Below are positions 37,491 through 46,650 of a stretch of 64,000 bases of DNA, in pieces. The notes under the pieces were generated by a model. The model did no database searches, had not been told where the DNA came from, and was given only the letters and a program-made list of their open reading frames with translations. Numbering within the stretch: the stretch's first letter is position 1; each line of letters begins with the position of its first letter. Position numbers and translations under genes: made by a program. The stretch comes from a virus (lineage: Duplodnaviria; Caudoviricetes). The DNA is taken from positions 54 through 64,053 of IMG/VR virus record IMGVR_UViG_2895476258_000012, one strand, 5' to 3'.

Positions 37491-38603
37491 CTACCGGGTC
37501 GCGGCTCGGTGCCGCGCCCCTGCCGGGATGGAGGTTCGAGACCGGACGGCGGCGCCGAAAGCGACGGGGCCGAGCTTGGTGGGGCCGACCGCCACGCCGT
37601 CCATATGCCAGTGGTCACCGCCTGTGCCGTGGAACAGGTGGAACTCCGCATCAGCGGGCTTGCCACCAGGCCAGGCGACCGTGGAGGAGATCGCGGTGGC
37701 GGTGTGCGTCGCCGAATCCGGCGTGTGATACGTCCACACCTCGACGGTGCCGTTGCCTGCGCTGTTGATCGTGTAGCGGAGCTCGATCCGCACCCACTGG
37801 TTGATCGGCAGAGCCGTCCCGACTGTGGCCACCTCCACGTCGCCGTGCCCGGAGTACACCCTGACCAGCCCATCGCTGAAGAGCCACGCCTTGGACACCA
37901 CGACGCCGGCCGGGCCGAGCAGCGCGAACACGCCCGCGGTCGAGGTCCACGGGCCGACCTGCCGCAGGTACAGGCGGGCGCAGACAACGTCCCCCGGCTG
38001 GGTGACCGAGCGCCAATCGACGTGCGTGTCGGCCCCAGGATTGGGGTTTCGGGCAGATACGCCGCTGGTGGCGAAGAAGTGCGCGCTGCTGTACTCGGCC
38101 ACCCCAACCACGTTGTTGAACGGATCGCCGCCTGCAGCCGAGTTCTCCGGCGTGATCAACGCCCCGGGGGAACCACCGTCGAAACTGTTCGACCACACCG
38201 CAGGGGCGTCGTTGAAGATCAGCTGATCGATGAAGGCCGCATCCTCGCCGGCGAACTGCGAGCCGTCCTTGCTGTAGAGGAAGGTCACATGGCTTACGCC
38301 GACCACCGACAGGCGGCCGGAATACGTCCACTCCACATCGCCCGACAGCTGAAGTGCCGTGCGCATGTCAAGGAAGACGTCGAAGATGTCGTACGTGGCT
38401 TCGCTGGATACGCGATACCAGAACTCGACCGTCGTCGCCCCGGGCGGTACCGCCACCACGACGTCGGACGTTTGGTCGTCTTCGATGACCGCGCTGCGGT
38501 AGCAGAAGCCGCCCTGCAGCGGCTGCACGTCCGTGCGCGTCCAGTCGCCCGTGACGGACACGGCCAAGGTGTCGTCCTCGAAGTCCTCGACGATGACGGC
38601 CAC
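37491..38603 (-). CDS. Putative carbohydrate-binding beta-sandwich virion protein (~370 aa)
   Basis: GTG start AVIVEDFEDD; FWYRVSSE..YD, AFIDQL, NQWVRIEL, WHMDGVAV. Confidence 0.6.
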   Translation of the reverse strand: MAVIVEDFEDDTLAVSVTGDWTRTDVQPLQGGFCYRSAVIEDDQTSDVVVAVPPGATTVEFWYRVSSEATYDIFDVFLDMRTALQLSGDVEWTYSGRLSVVGVSHVTFLYSKDGSQFAGEDAAFIDQLIFNDAPAVWSNSFDGGSPGALITPENSAAGGDPFNNVVGVAEYSSAHFFATSGVSARNPNPGADTHVDWRSVTQPGDVVCARLYLRQVGPWTSTAGVFALLGPAGVVVSKAWLFSDGLVRVYSGHGDVEVATVGTALPINQWVRIELRYTINSAGNGTVEVWTYHTPDSATHTATAISSTVAWPGGKPADAEFHLFHGTGGDHWHMDGVAVGPTKLGPVAFGAAVRSRTSIPAGARHRAATR

Positions 38604-38622
38604 GCCTGTCCTCCGATCTGGC

Positions 38623-39102
38623 TCAGGCCCGTTCGACCCAGAAGGTCGCCGAGATGCTGATCCCCGCCGGATACCTGGCGCGCAGCACAAACCCCGTGCC
38701 TGGCCCGCAGTCCGGGCTGTCACCCAGCGGCAGGTCGTAGATGACCAGACCGCCATTCGGGGTCAGCGGGTAGGAGTCGATGGGGGCCAGGACGGTGGGC
38801 TCATTTCCAGCCGTCCACGCCGAACCGGCGAGGAAGCCTGGCGCGATCACCCGCCCGTACAACTGCTGTGGCGTCACCGCGGTGGAGGTGACTCCGCCGG
38901 GAGCGTTGCTGGCGAACGTGGCGTTGCACAGCTCGACATCGCCGGGCACGCCGGACGCGTTCACGCCGTACAGGCCGACGCGCACCTTCTTCAACTCCAG
39001 GCCGCATGCGGCCGGAGCCAGAACACCCAGGACGCTGCGGGCCGTATTCGCCGTCAGCAACACCGCCGCTGGCGTGATCGCAGAGTAGCCGCACTTTGCC
39101 AC
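38623..39102 (-). CDS. Hypothetical virion-type protein (159 aa)
   Basis: Coupled ORF with high-GC codon pattern. Confidence 0.65.
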   Translation of the reverse strand: MAKCGYSAITPAAVLLTANTARSVLGVLAPAACGLELKKVRVGLYGVNASGVPGDVELCNATFASNAPGGVTSTAVTPQQLYGRVIAPGFLAGSAWTAGNEPTVLAPIDSYPLTPNGGLVIYDLPLGDSPDCGPGTGFVLRARYPAGISISATFWVERA

Positions 39103-39103
39103 G

Positions 39104-39577
39104 TCACACCGCCTGGTAGAAGCCGACAGAGTCGATCTGCACGACGACGTTGGAGCCGTCCGGATTCAGCGAGAAATCGTGCGACGTCATCGGGACGACG
39201 GCGCTGTCCGGCGAACCAGTCGCCGGCCGATAGCAGATGAGGACCTTCACCCAGGAGCCGCCCGCCGCTTGCACGGACTCGAACATCGCGTCCGGGATGT
39301 CCAGCGGCATGGCGTCGCTGCCGAGATCGGGGAGCACGTCGTTCAGGTCGACGGCGGCCAGCACCTTACGGGCATAGCCCGCGTTAGTCGCCTCATCGGT
39401 GGTCCCGGACAGGACGGCGTCCAGAGTGGTCTTGTCACGCAGGACGGCATCCGACTCGACGCCTGAGGCGGCCAGCACGACCATGAGCAGGCTGCTGGTG
39501 GCGGGGTCGCCGACTCGGACGCGGTGATACAGCTCGGCCACGCGGCCCTTCGCCACGTTGAACACGAAATCGGCCAC
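39104..39577 (-). CDS. Hypothetical virion-type protein (157 aa)
   Basis: MADFVFNVAKG...EATNAGYARKVL...PDGSNVVVQI. Confidence 0.7.
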   Translation of the reverse strand: MADFVFNVAKGRVAELYHRVRVGDPATSSLLMVVLAASGVESDAVLRDKTTLDAVLSGTTDEATNAGYARKVLAAVDLNDVLPDLGSDAMPLDIPDAMFESVQAAGGSWVKVLICYRPATGSPDSAVVPMTSHDFSLNPDGSNVVVQIDSVGFYQAV

Positions 39578-39766
39578 GGGCCTCTCCTCGGGAGTTGTTG
39601 GTGCTGGTCGCGCATGACCAGGGGTGCGGTCCCGGCCGCGGGCTGCCCCTCAACAACCGGGGCCGGGACCGCACCGCGCGGCTCAACGCGGGCGAGCGGA
39701 AGGTCTCGCGGCGGAGCCACCCGCCCGCGAAGCGGGCGGGAGTTGATGAATGCGAAAAAGCTTGCG

Positions 39767-41041
39767 TCAATTGGAGAGTTCGATCAGCGGCTGCCACGCC
39801 GCTTCCGTCGTCCTCAGCAGGTAGCGGCCGGCGTCGAGCGCATGGTCATCGAGCTTGACCGGGGCGTCCTCGCCGCGCTCGGCCCGCTTGTCGTCCCACG
39901 CGTAGGAGCCGATCTCCGTCAACCAGCCCTCACAGGAGCGGTGCACCCGGAGCCGGTCGGCACCGACCAGGTTGCTGACCGTGCGGATGCCGTCGAGCAC
40001 CTTGTTGTCCGCCATGACGGGCGCGAACCCATCCCGGTGCAACTGGGCGATGAAGCTCGCCGCGGACGGGTCCACCACGACCCAGTCAGGCTGGACGCCG
40101 TACGTACCAGGGCCGTAGGTGCCGGGAAGGGTGCGCAGCCAGTCGCGAAGCTTCTTCGAGTACTCGGCGTCCGTGAGTTGGCGGCGCTGGACTTTGCTGT
40201 CCCACCGCCACTCGTGCGTGAAGTAGATCCGCCGTAGACCGTGCCGGTCCGGCACGCTCACCCCGGCCAAGATCGCGTTGAACGGGTTCGTCGTCCCGTA
40301 GTCCACGCCGAGCCCGAGCCAGCGTTCCATCGGCGGCAGCGCGTCCACGATGTGCCGGTCAGGGTCCCACATGTCGTACACGGCGCCCTCGGCCATCACC
40401 CACAAGCCCTCGATGAAGCGCTTGTACCAGAGGCCGGTGTACTCCCGTTTCAGGTTGGCGACGTAGGTCGCGTCCAGCGCGGGGTTGTCGTCCAGAACGA
40501 AGTGGAAATACTTCAGGTCCAGCTCGTGAGCCCGCAGAATGAACCTCTGGCGGAGCCAATGGTTAGGGGCGTCGGGATTGCACGTCGCGAAGATCTGCGC
40601 GCCCGCCACACTGCACCTCGCGAGCAACTGGTCCCAGAAGTTCTCCGGCAGCAAGGTCGCCTCATCGACATACGCCCCGCCACACGTCATTCCTCTCAAC
40701 CTCGACTCCGACCGCATGTCGTTCGCGCTGATGATCTCGACGCGGCGGCCGAGAATATTGCAGGTCGCGGCACCTCTCGTATAGAAAATCCGCTTCGCCA
40801 CGGGACCCGTCAGGCTCGGATCCATGAGGGGCTCCATGACGTTGCGCGCGACGGTCTCGCCCGTCTTGCCGACGATCACGAGATGGCCGCCCCGGCGCGG
40901 GGCCTGCGCGATGTACATCAACCACCGCAGCAGGCTGGCGATGGTTTTGCCGCTGCGGACCGCGCCCGAAGCGATGTTCAGCCGCGCCGTGGACAGGGCG
41001 ATGAACTGCTCTTGCTTGGGCGACAGCGAGATCGCCGGCAT
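39767..41041 (-). CDS. terL: Terminase large subunit (PBSX-like)
   Basis: Walker A SGAVRSGKT, YVDEAT, TCNPDAPNHW, GVDYGTTNP, DDHALDAGRY. Confidence 0.95.
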   Translation of the reverse strand: MPAISLSPKQEQFIALSTARLNIASGAVRSGKTIASLLRWLMYIAQAPRRGGHLVIVGKTGETVARNVMEPLMDPSLTGPVAKRIFYTRGAATCNILGRRVEIISANDMRSESRLRGMTCGGAYVDEATLLPENFWDQLLARCSVAGAQIFATCNPDAPNHWLRQRFILRAHELDLKYFHFVLDDNPALDATYVANLKREYTGLWYKRFIEGLWVMAEGAVYDMWDPDRHIVDALPPMERWLGLGVDYGTTNPFNAILAGVSVPDRHGLRRIYFTHEWRWDSKVQRRQLTDAEYSKKLRDWLRTLPGTYGPGTYGVQPDWVVVDPSAASFIAQLHRDGFAPVMADNKVLDGIRTVSNLVGADRLRVHRSCEGWLTEIGSYAWDDKRAERGEDAPVKLDDHALDAGRYLLRTTEAAWQPLIELSN

Positions 41042-41526
41042 CAGGCCGCCTCGGCGTCCGGCGGCTCGATTTCCCGCACCACCTCGGCGTCGACCGACTC
41101 GATCGCCGGAGCGTGCCGGGCCTGCAACTGGAAGAGCATCGTGCCCAGCAGGCTCGCGATGTCGCCGTCGCCTACGCTGTTGCGGTTCAGCTGGTCCAGG
41201 CCCATCAGGTGGCTGACTCGCAGCACCAAGGATTCGGCCTGGGCGACCGCCTTTATGTCGCCGGCGAGCGCCTTCGGCCACACCGCCGCGAGCAGCCTGT
41301 CCAACCGGTCGAGATTGAGCCGAAGGTGTTCCTCGGCCGCCATCTTCTCGTCCAGCGCCGCCTGGCGCAGCGCGCGAGTGACGTCCGTGCAGGCGGCCCC
41401 GGCTGACTTGTAGCCCAGCTCACGGCAGATGACGTCCCATTTCAGGCCAGCGGTACGCATCTGCACTGCCTTGGCTCGCCGCTCGGCCGTCACGACGCTG
41501 CGAGCGACCTTTCTGCTGGACACCAT
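41041..41526 (-). CDS. terS: Terminase small subunit
   Basis: RRAKAVQMR.AG..WD.I..ELGY HTH; RLDRLLAAVWPKA..GD; coupled to terL. Confidence 0.8.
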   Translation of the reverse strand: MVSSRKVARSVVTAERRAKAVQMRTAGLKWDVICRELGYKSAGAACTDVTRALRQAALDEKMAAEEHLRLNLDRLDRLLAAVWPKALAGDIKAVAQAESLVLRVSHLMGLDQLNRNSVGDGDIASLLGTMLFQLQARHAPAIESVDAEVVREIEPPDAEAA

Positions 41527-41599
41527 GAAGAACCTCCGAGAGGGGGTGAGGGGAAGCGGGAGAAGGACGGGCGCGAACGCCCATGCAGTGGTGAAGGGT

Positions 41600-42166
41600 T
41601 CAGCCCGCGCGGTGAAGGAACTCGCCGCGGTGAGGTTCCGCGTCCAGCGCGCCCACCAGCGAAACCGTCGTCGTCACCGTCTGGTCCTGGTTGACGCCGC
41701 GCACCGTCATGCACGAATGCGACGCCCTGATCACGACCCCGGCGCCCAGCGCGGGCAGACCCTCGTGGATCGCGTCGGCGACCTGGCGGCCGAACCGTTC
41801 CTGAAGCTGAAGACGGCGGGCGAACACCTCGACCAGGCGCGGCAGCTTCGACAAGCCCAGCAGTCTGCCGTCCTTCGGCAGGTAGCCGACTGTCGCCGTG
41901 CCGTGGAACGGCAGCAGGTGGTGCTCGCACAGGCTCGCGAACCGGATGCGCTCGACGACCACCAGGCCGCGCGCCCGCTCGTCAACGAACACACGGTCCA
42001 GTTGGACATGCGGGTCCATGGCGTATCCGGCGGTCATCTCCCGCCACGCCCTGACCACCCTGGCGGGCGTGTCCTCGATCACCGGCCGCGTGGGGTCGAC
42101 TCCCACAAACCTCAGTAGCGTCTCGACGGCTTGGTGCGCGTCGTTCAACGTTGGCGCGTCGGCCAC
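41600..42166 (-). CDS. folE: GTP cyclohydrolase I
   Basis: TPARV, SLCEHHLLPFHG, GLSKLPR, QLQER, HSCMTVRGV. Confidence 0.95.
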   Translation of the reverse strand: MADAPTLNDAHQAVETLLRFVGVDPTRPVIEDTPARVVRAWREMTAGYAMDPHVQLDRVFVDERARGLVVVERIRFASLCEHHLLPFHGTATVGYLPKDGRLLGLSKLPRLVEVFARRLQLQERFGRQVADAIHEGLPALGAGVVIRASHSCMTVRGVNQDQTVTTTVSLVGALDAEPHRGEFLHRAG

Positions 42167-42895
42167 TCAGCGCCCCCGTTCGTCGCCCCAGGCCAGCACA
42201 TGCAGGCGTGGCGTGATGTTGAAGCCCGCGGCGATGGCGGGATCGGCGATCCGCATCAGGTGGGCCGTCGTCGCGTCGGCGGTGGTGCCCTCCGGCATCA
42301 CCCACACCGAGTCGGGGTCCAGCTCGAACCGGTCGACCAGCTCGGCGAGCTCCGCGACGTCCGTTTCATCCCGGCACACCGTCTTGAAGCACGCGCCGCC
42401 CACATCGGCGAGCTGCCGGAAGCGGGCCAGTGCCGCCGGCGCGACCCGGCGCTCTTCGCTCTCGCCCGAGTTAGCCAGCTTCAACCCCACGTTGAACCGC
42501 GACACCCCTCGCTCGGCGGCCTCCGTGGGGGCGCGAGTGCCGTTCGTCTCGATCTCAACCTCGAAGTCCCACAGCAGCCTCAGCAGCTCGCCGAACGCCG
42601 GGTAGGTCTGCTGAAGCAGTGGTTCGCCCCCCGTGATGACCACGAGCGGCACGTTCATCGCCTCGACCTGGGCGACAGCGTCGGCGACCGGGACGCGGGA
42701 CAGCTCCGCCCGCAGGTCGAACCGGGTCGCGTCCCAGGTGTACGGCGTGTCGCACCAGGAGCAGGCTAGCGAGCAGCCGCCGAGCCGTATGAACGCGACG
42801 CGGCGCCCGCACGACGGTCCTTCACCGGCCACCGTGGGGCCGAACACTTCGCTGACGACCAGGCCCTCGACGGCGTAGGCCGCTACGCCGCCCAC
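42167..42895 (-). CDS. queE: 7-carboxy-7-deazaguanine synthase (radical SAM)
   Basis: GEG...FIRLGGCSLACSWCDTPY, VITGGEPLLQ, ETNGT, PRLHV. Confidence 0.92.
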   Translation of the reverse strand: MGGVAAYAVEGLVVSEVFGPTVAGEGPSCGRRVAFIRLGGCSLACSWCDTPYTWDATRFDLRAELSRVPVADAVAQVEAMNVPLVVITGGEPLLQQTYPAFGELLRLLWDFEVEIETNGTRAPTEAAERGVSRFNVGLKLANSGESEERRVAPAALARFRQLADVGGACFKTVCRDETDVAELAELVDRFELDPDSVWVMPEGTTADATTAHLMRIADPAIAAGFNITPRLHVLAWGDERGR

Positions 42896-43314
42896 GACGC
42901 TCCGTTCGTCGCCGTCTCCGCGAGGTCCACCCGGATCACCCGCGCCCCCTCGGCGTGCGGCACATCGTCCAGCAGGACTTCCGCCACGGCGCTGATCTCT
43001 TCGGCGACCCGCTCCACCGTGGGCCAGCCGCCGACGATCGCGTACACCTTGTTGCCGAAATGGGCGAGCGCCGGCCCCAGCGGGTCGGCGTCGCCCAGTA
43101 TCGAGCCGTGATCGAGCATGTGGTCGAGCCAGGACCTGAGCGCCTTCTTGAAGGCGCCGAACTCCACCACCATCCCCGCGTCGTCCAGCGCGGGCGCGGC
43201 CACCGTCACCTCAACGCTCCACGAATGGCCGTGCAGGCTCACGCACTTGCCGGGCAGGTGCGGCAGCCGGTGAGCGGCCTCGAACGTGTGGCGGACCCTG
43301 ATCTCGTGCGTCAC
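42883..43314 (-). CDS. queD: 6-carboxy-tetrahydropterin synthase
   Basis: FEAAHRL...CVSLHGHSW, LDHG, PTVE, ET. Confidence 0.92.
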   Translation of the reverse strand: MTHEIRVRHTFEAAHRLPHLPGKCVSLHGHSWSVEVTVAAPALDDAGMVVEFGAFKKALRSWLDHMLDHGSILGDADPLGPALAHFGNKVYAIVGGWPTVERVAEEISAVAEVLLDDVPHAEGARVIRVDLAETATNGASWAA

Positions 43315-43709
43315 AGACGGTCCTCCTGACGTTCGACGCTGTACCTTGTCCAACCGGCGTCGTGGCCGATGTCGTCGAACACGCCGAGCACGTCCAGGTC
43401 GATGCGGCGCAGCTGGTAGTAGCCGCCGTACCGCTCCCACGACTCGTGGCGGAAACCGTCCACATGGGCGAAGATCCGGTCGGCGACGTCCTCGTTCGTG
43501 GCGTCCCTGAACGTCTTGCGCGTCAGCTCGTGCAGGTGATCCAGCAAGGCCCGGTTGGTCGTCTCGAACGACGGGTAGCCGTGTGCGCCGAGCGTGTCGA
43601 ACGTGACCGACACCCGGCCCGTGTGGAAGTGGCCGCGCAGCCCCATCGCGACGTTCACGTTCGAGAAGAAGATCAGGAACGGGCCGACCGTCACGGTACG
43701 CACCATCAC
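43311..43709 (-). CDS. Unassigned HxH protein, probable T-fold QueD paralog
   Basis: MGLRGHFHTG and ATNEDVA echo QueD LHGH and PTxE motifs; coupled on both sides within the cluster. Confidence 0.45.
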   Translation of the reverse strand: MMVRTVTVGPFLIFFSNVNVAMGLRGHFHTGRVSVTFDTLGAHGYPSFETTNRALLDHLHELTRKTFRDATNEDVADRIFAHVDGFRHESWERYGGYYQLRRIDLDVLGVFDDIGHDAGWTRYSVERQEDRL

Positions 43710-44587
43710 GCTGCCACCCCCTCCGGTTCCGTATCCGCCTGGGCGGCGGTCAGCAGCGTCCCCACCTGCGTGTCCACCAAATGCAGTCGGGTACCTTCGC
43801 CCCGCCGTTCCAGGTGGAGCCCGTACACGGGAGGCGGCACCTGGTGGCGTTTACGCAGCCACGCCGCGTACAACGTCGTCGATCGCGCCGACAGCCGGAT
43901 CAGCAACGGCCGGTTCGACGCGTCACCCTGCAACACCTGCTCCGGCAGCGCCCCGTAGAAGCGCTCCAGCAGCCTGCGGTGACGCAACGGCGAAGAACCA
44001 TCCAGCAGGAACGTCACATCCCGCGCCGTACGTGGGTCGAACAGCCGTAACCGCCCGAACCGGTAGCCGACCCCGAGCGTGCCCGATGAGTCCGCAGAGT
44101 ACAACGGCAGGTTGTCGAGCACCGCCCGGCTCGAAATCCCCCAGCCGTGGAACCGCATCGTCGGCAGGTGGCGGCGAGCGTAGGCGAGGGTCCGGGCGGC
44201 CCAGCGGATCCCGGCGGTGTCACCCGTCGTCAGACCGCCGCCCAAGCCGACGAAATCCACGCCCTCGTCGGCGTACACGTGCAGCCACCGCTGCGGCGTG
44301 CCCACATGCAAGGTCGGCACCGTCGCGAGACCCTGCGCCCGCAGCGCCCGCCAGTTACGCCACGTCGCGTCCGGATCGCCAAGCACGTCGAGCGCCGCGC
44401 ACCAGAACAGGTGCGGCTGCCACCGCCGTACCCAACCCGCGTACTCGTCGAGCCCGATCCTCACGCCCTGCGTGTAAGCGGAGTAGGCGCCGGAATCGCC
44501 GATCATGTTGAGCCGGCCGCTATCCACCAGCCGCCGCATCTGGTCGTCCGAACGCAGGTAATGGTAGGAGACGAGCGCGTCGATCAC
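43706..44587 (-). CDS. dpdA: TGT-fold DNA base-exchange enzyme (DpdA-like)
   Basis: GDSGAYSA, LDVLGD, PTLH, VGLGGG, FHGWG, YSADSS; located in the Que cluster. Confidence 0.7.
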   Translation of the reverse strand: MIDALVSYHYLRSDDQMRRLVDSGRLNMIGDSGAYSAYTQGVRIGLDEYAGWVRRWQPHLFWCAALDVLGDPDATWRNWRALRAQGLATVPTLHVGTPQRWLHVYADEGVDFVGLGGGLTTGDTAGIRWAARTLAYARRHLPTMRFHGWGISSRAVLDNLPLYSADSSGTLGVGYRFGRLRLFDPRTARDVTFLLDGSSPLRHRRLLERFYGALPEQVLQGDASNRPLLIRLSARSTTLYAAWLRKRHQVPPPVYGLHLERRGEGTRLHLVDTQVGTLLTAAQADTEPEGVAA

Positions 44588-45180
44588 GCCGCCTCCTCAC
44601 CGTCCCACTGCCACTCGACACCCAGCAGCTCCGCCAGCACCTGCGCCGGTTCACGGCCGGACACCGCTTCGCTCCACGCGGCGTTCACCGGGCGGGGCGC
44701 ACGGAACCTCACCGGCACCCAGCCGTCCTGCCGGGTCGGCTCCCCCAGCATCTCCACCACGTCATCCAGATCAGGCACGACGGCGAGCCGCGTCAGATCA
44801 GCGAGATCGTCGTCGCTGTAACCGGTGCCCGCCAGATCGTCGTCGAGACTCGCCAGCAGCGCAGCCAGCGCGTCCGGGTCCTCGTAGCCAAGCGCCGCCG
44901 TCCGGTTGTCGGCCAGCAGAATCTTCTTCGCCCGCTCGTCGTCCACGTCGAGCAGCACACACGGCACCTCGGCCAGGCCGCGGGCCTGCGCCCCCTGCCA
45001 GCGGTGCTCACCCGCAATAATCCGCATTCGGGAGCGCTGCACCAGGACTGCGCCATAGAAGCCGTTCTCGTCGATGCTGTCGCCGATCACGTCGACGTCG
45101 CCGCGGTGCGGGTTCTCCGGGTGCGGTTCGAGGTCGACGACAGGTATCAGGCGGTACTCCTGGGAGGCGAGCTTGGCCAT
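44584..45180 (-). CDS. ParB/Srx-fold protein
   Basis: PHPENPHRGD...IIAGEHRWQGA...ILLADNRT. Confidence 0.85.
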   Translation of the reverse strand: MAKLASQEYRLIPVVDLEPHPENPHRGDVDVIGDSIDENGFYGAVLVQRSRMRIIAGEHRWQGAQARGLAEVPCVLLDVDDERAKKILLADNRTAALGYEDPDALAALLASLDDDLAGTGYSDDDLADLTRLAVVPDLDDVVEMLGEPTRQDGWVPVRFRAPRPVNAAWSEAVSGREPAQVLAELLGVEWQWDGEEAA

Positions 45181-45276
45181 GTACGACCCTCCGATCATGG
45201 AAGTAGTCGACATGCGTGAGCTGCGATTATACGAAGAATTCCCAGGTCGCCATTCGCCGTATCAAATTGGGCAAGG

Positions 45277-46254
45277 ATGACACGCCCCGCGTATCTCTCG
45301 CATACCCTAGCGGAACAGGCCAGCCTCCCCTCGTGTGACTCAAGGGGCGACGAGAGGCGGCCATGCGATTCATCGAAAAAACGTACGACAGACGACACGG
45401 TCAACGCTAGCCTGGAACGTAACACTAATCCCCTCTATCTCAAGGCTAACGACATGGCTCAGGGTGACTTGGGGTACCTCCACCCACTGTTCAGTATCGC
45501 AACGTCACTCGTGGACGACGAACAGCACGAAAATGTCAGCTTCGGACTCGGCGATATCGATGAACACAGCCAGCTGTCTCTGGACGATCAAGGCATGGAC
45601 GGCCGAAACGTCTCCACCGTGGTCATCCACGCCATCGGCGCGGCCATCGATCACATCCTTACGCTTCATCTCCTGACGACGAAGGCAGGTGTTGTAACCA
45701 ACGCGGCACCCTGGACCCTGCTCCGTGGCGCAATGGAGCCGGCCGCCCTCGCGGTCTGGGTACTCAACGGCGGAAGCCGCGATATCCGCCGGGAACGCGC
45801 CCTGCGGGTATGGCGTCAGGACATGGACGATAGAGGCAAGTGGGAAGAGGACACGGGATACCTCATCACTCCGCCAGCAAAGAGCGGAAAGATCCGCGCC
45901 GCCGAGATCGTCTCTCATGCCAACTCGATGGGCCTGCGAGGGGACCAGGTTGCGACCAAGCTGTACTACTCAGGGCTTATCGAACGCGCAGCGGAGATCA
46001 TCGGATTGGACACCAAGTCCATCCGCGCGCATTGGCGCGCCAGCTCTGGGTTCGCTCACGGACGATCATGGGCATCAATCCGGCTCAGCTCCCCCAGTTC
46101 AGCACGCCGCATGCGCGACGGGTACGAATTCTCGATGACGCTGAACGAGGACGAGCATCGCAAGCTTGCCGAAGCCACTACGGCGTTCCTGACACGAGCC
46201 CTCGATGACTACGCCAAGGCTGCACAGGAAGCGGGAGCACCCCTTGCGTCCTGA
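45277..46254 (+). CDS. Helical protein with Rx6H motif (HEPN-like)
   Basis: LLRGAMEP..LAVWVL and WRASSGFAHG; antisense to flanking phage genes; start uncertain. Confidence 0.5.
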   Translation: MTRPAYLSHTLAEQASLPSCDSRGDERRPCDSSKKRTTDDTVNASLERNTNPLYLKANDMAQGDLGYLHPLFSIATSLVDDEQHENVSFGLGDIDEHSQLSLDDQGMDGRNVSTVVIHAIGAAIDHILTLHLLTTKAGVVTNAAPWTLLRGAMEPAALAVWVLNGGSRDIRRERALRVWRQDMDDRGKWEEDTGYLITPPAKSGKIRAAEIVSHANSMGLRGDQVATKLYYSGLIERAAEIIGLDTKSIRAHWRASSGFAHGRSWASIRLSSPSSARRMRDGYEFSMTLNEDEHRKLAEATTAFLTRALDDYAKAAQEAGAPLAS

Positions 46255-46650
46255 ACTTGCGGTGTAACCGCGCAAGGTGCCGGGTCACACGAGACCCACA
46301 CTGACGATCATCGTACGCAGCGTTGTCAAATCAACGCAACGCGTGCGGCCCAGTCGTACACTCACCCGCATGAGCCCTCTGAGCCGCTGGCTCGACCGCA
46401 TCCCCGAAGAGGAGATCGACGAGCTGCGCGCGTTCGCCCCCATCGGCACGCTCCTCATCGCCGTGTTCGCCCTGGGCAGCTCGTCAGCTGGCGGGCGCTG
46501 CACGACGACGCCAGCCCGTTCGCCATGCGGATGTCCGAGACCGACGCCACCGCGTGGCTGGTCATCGAGGCCGTGGCCGTGGTGCTGACCGTCGTCCTCG
46601 CTCGGATGTTCTGGGGGGGACGACGAGGCTGGGCGTTGCATGTCGGGAAA

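Noticed and set aside
41600-43314. Host queuosine or folate biosynthesis operon
   Set aside because: Embedded in the terminase operon with a DpdA-like gene; no queC, queF or queA
46155-46280. Extra copies of the GCAAGC/GCTTGC operator (GCAAGCTTGC near 46160; CTTGC..GCAAG near 46256)
   Set aside because: Wrong spacing or orientation
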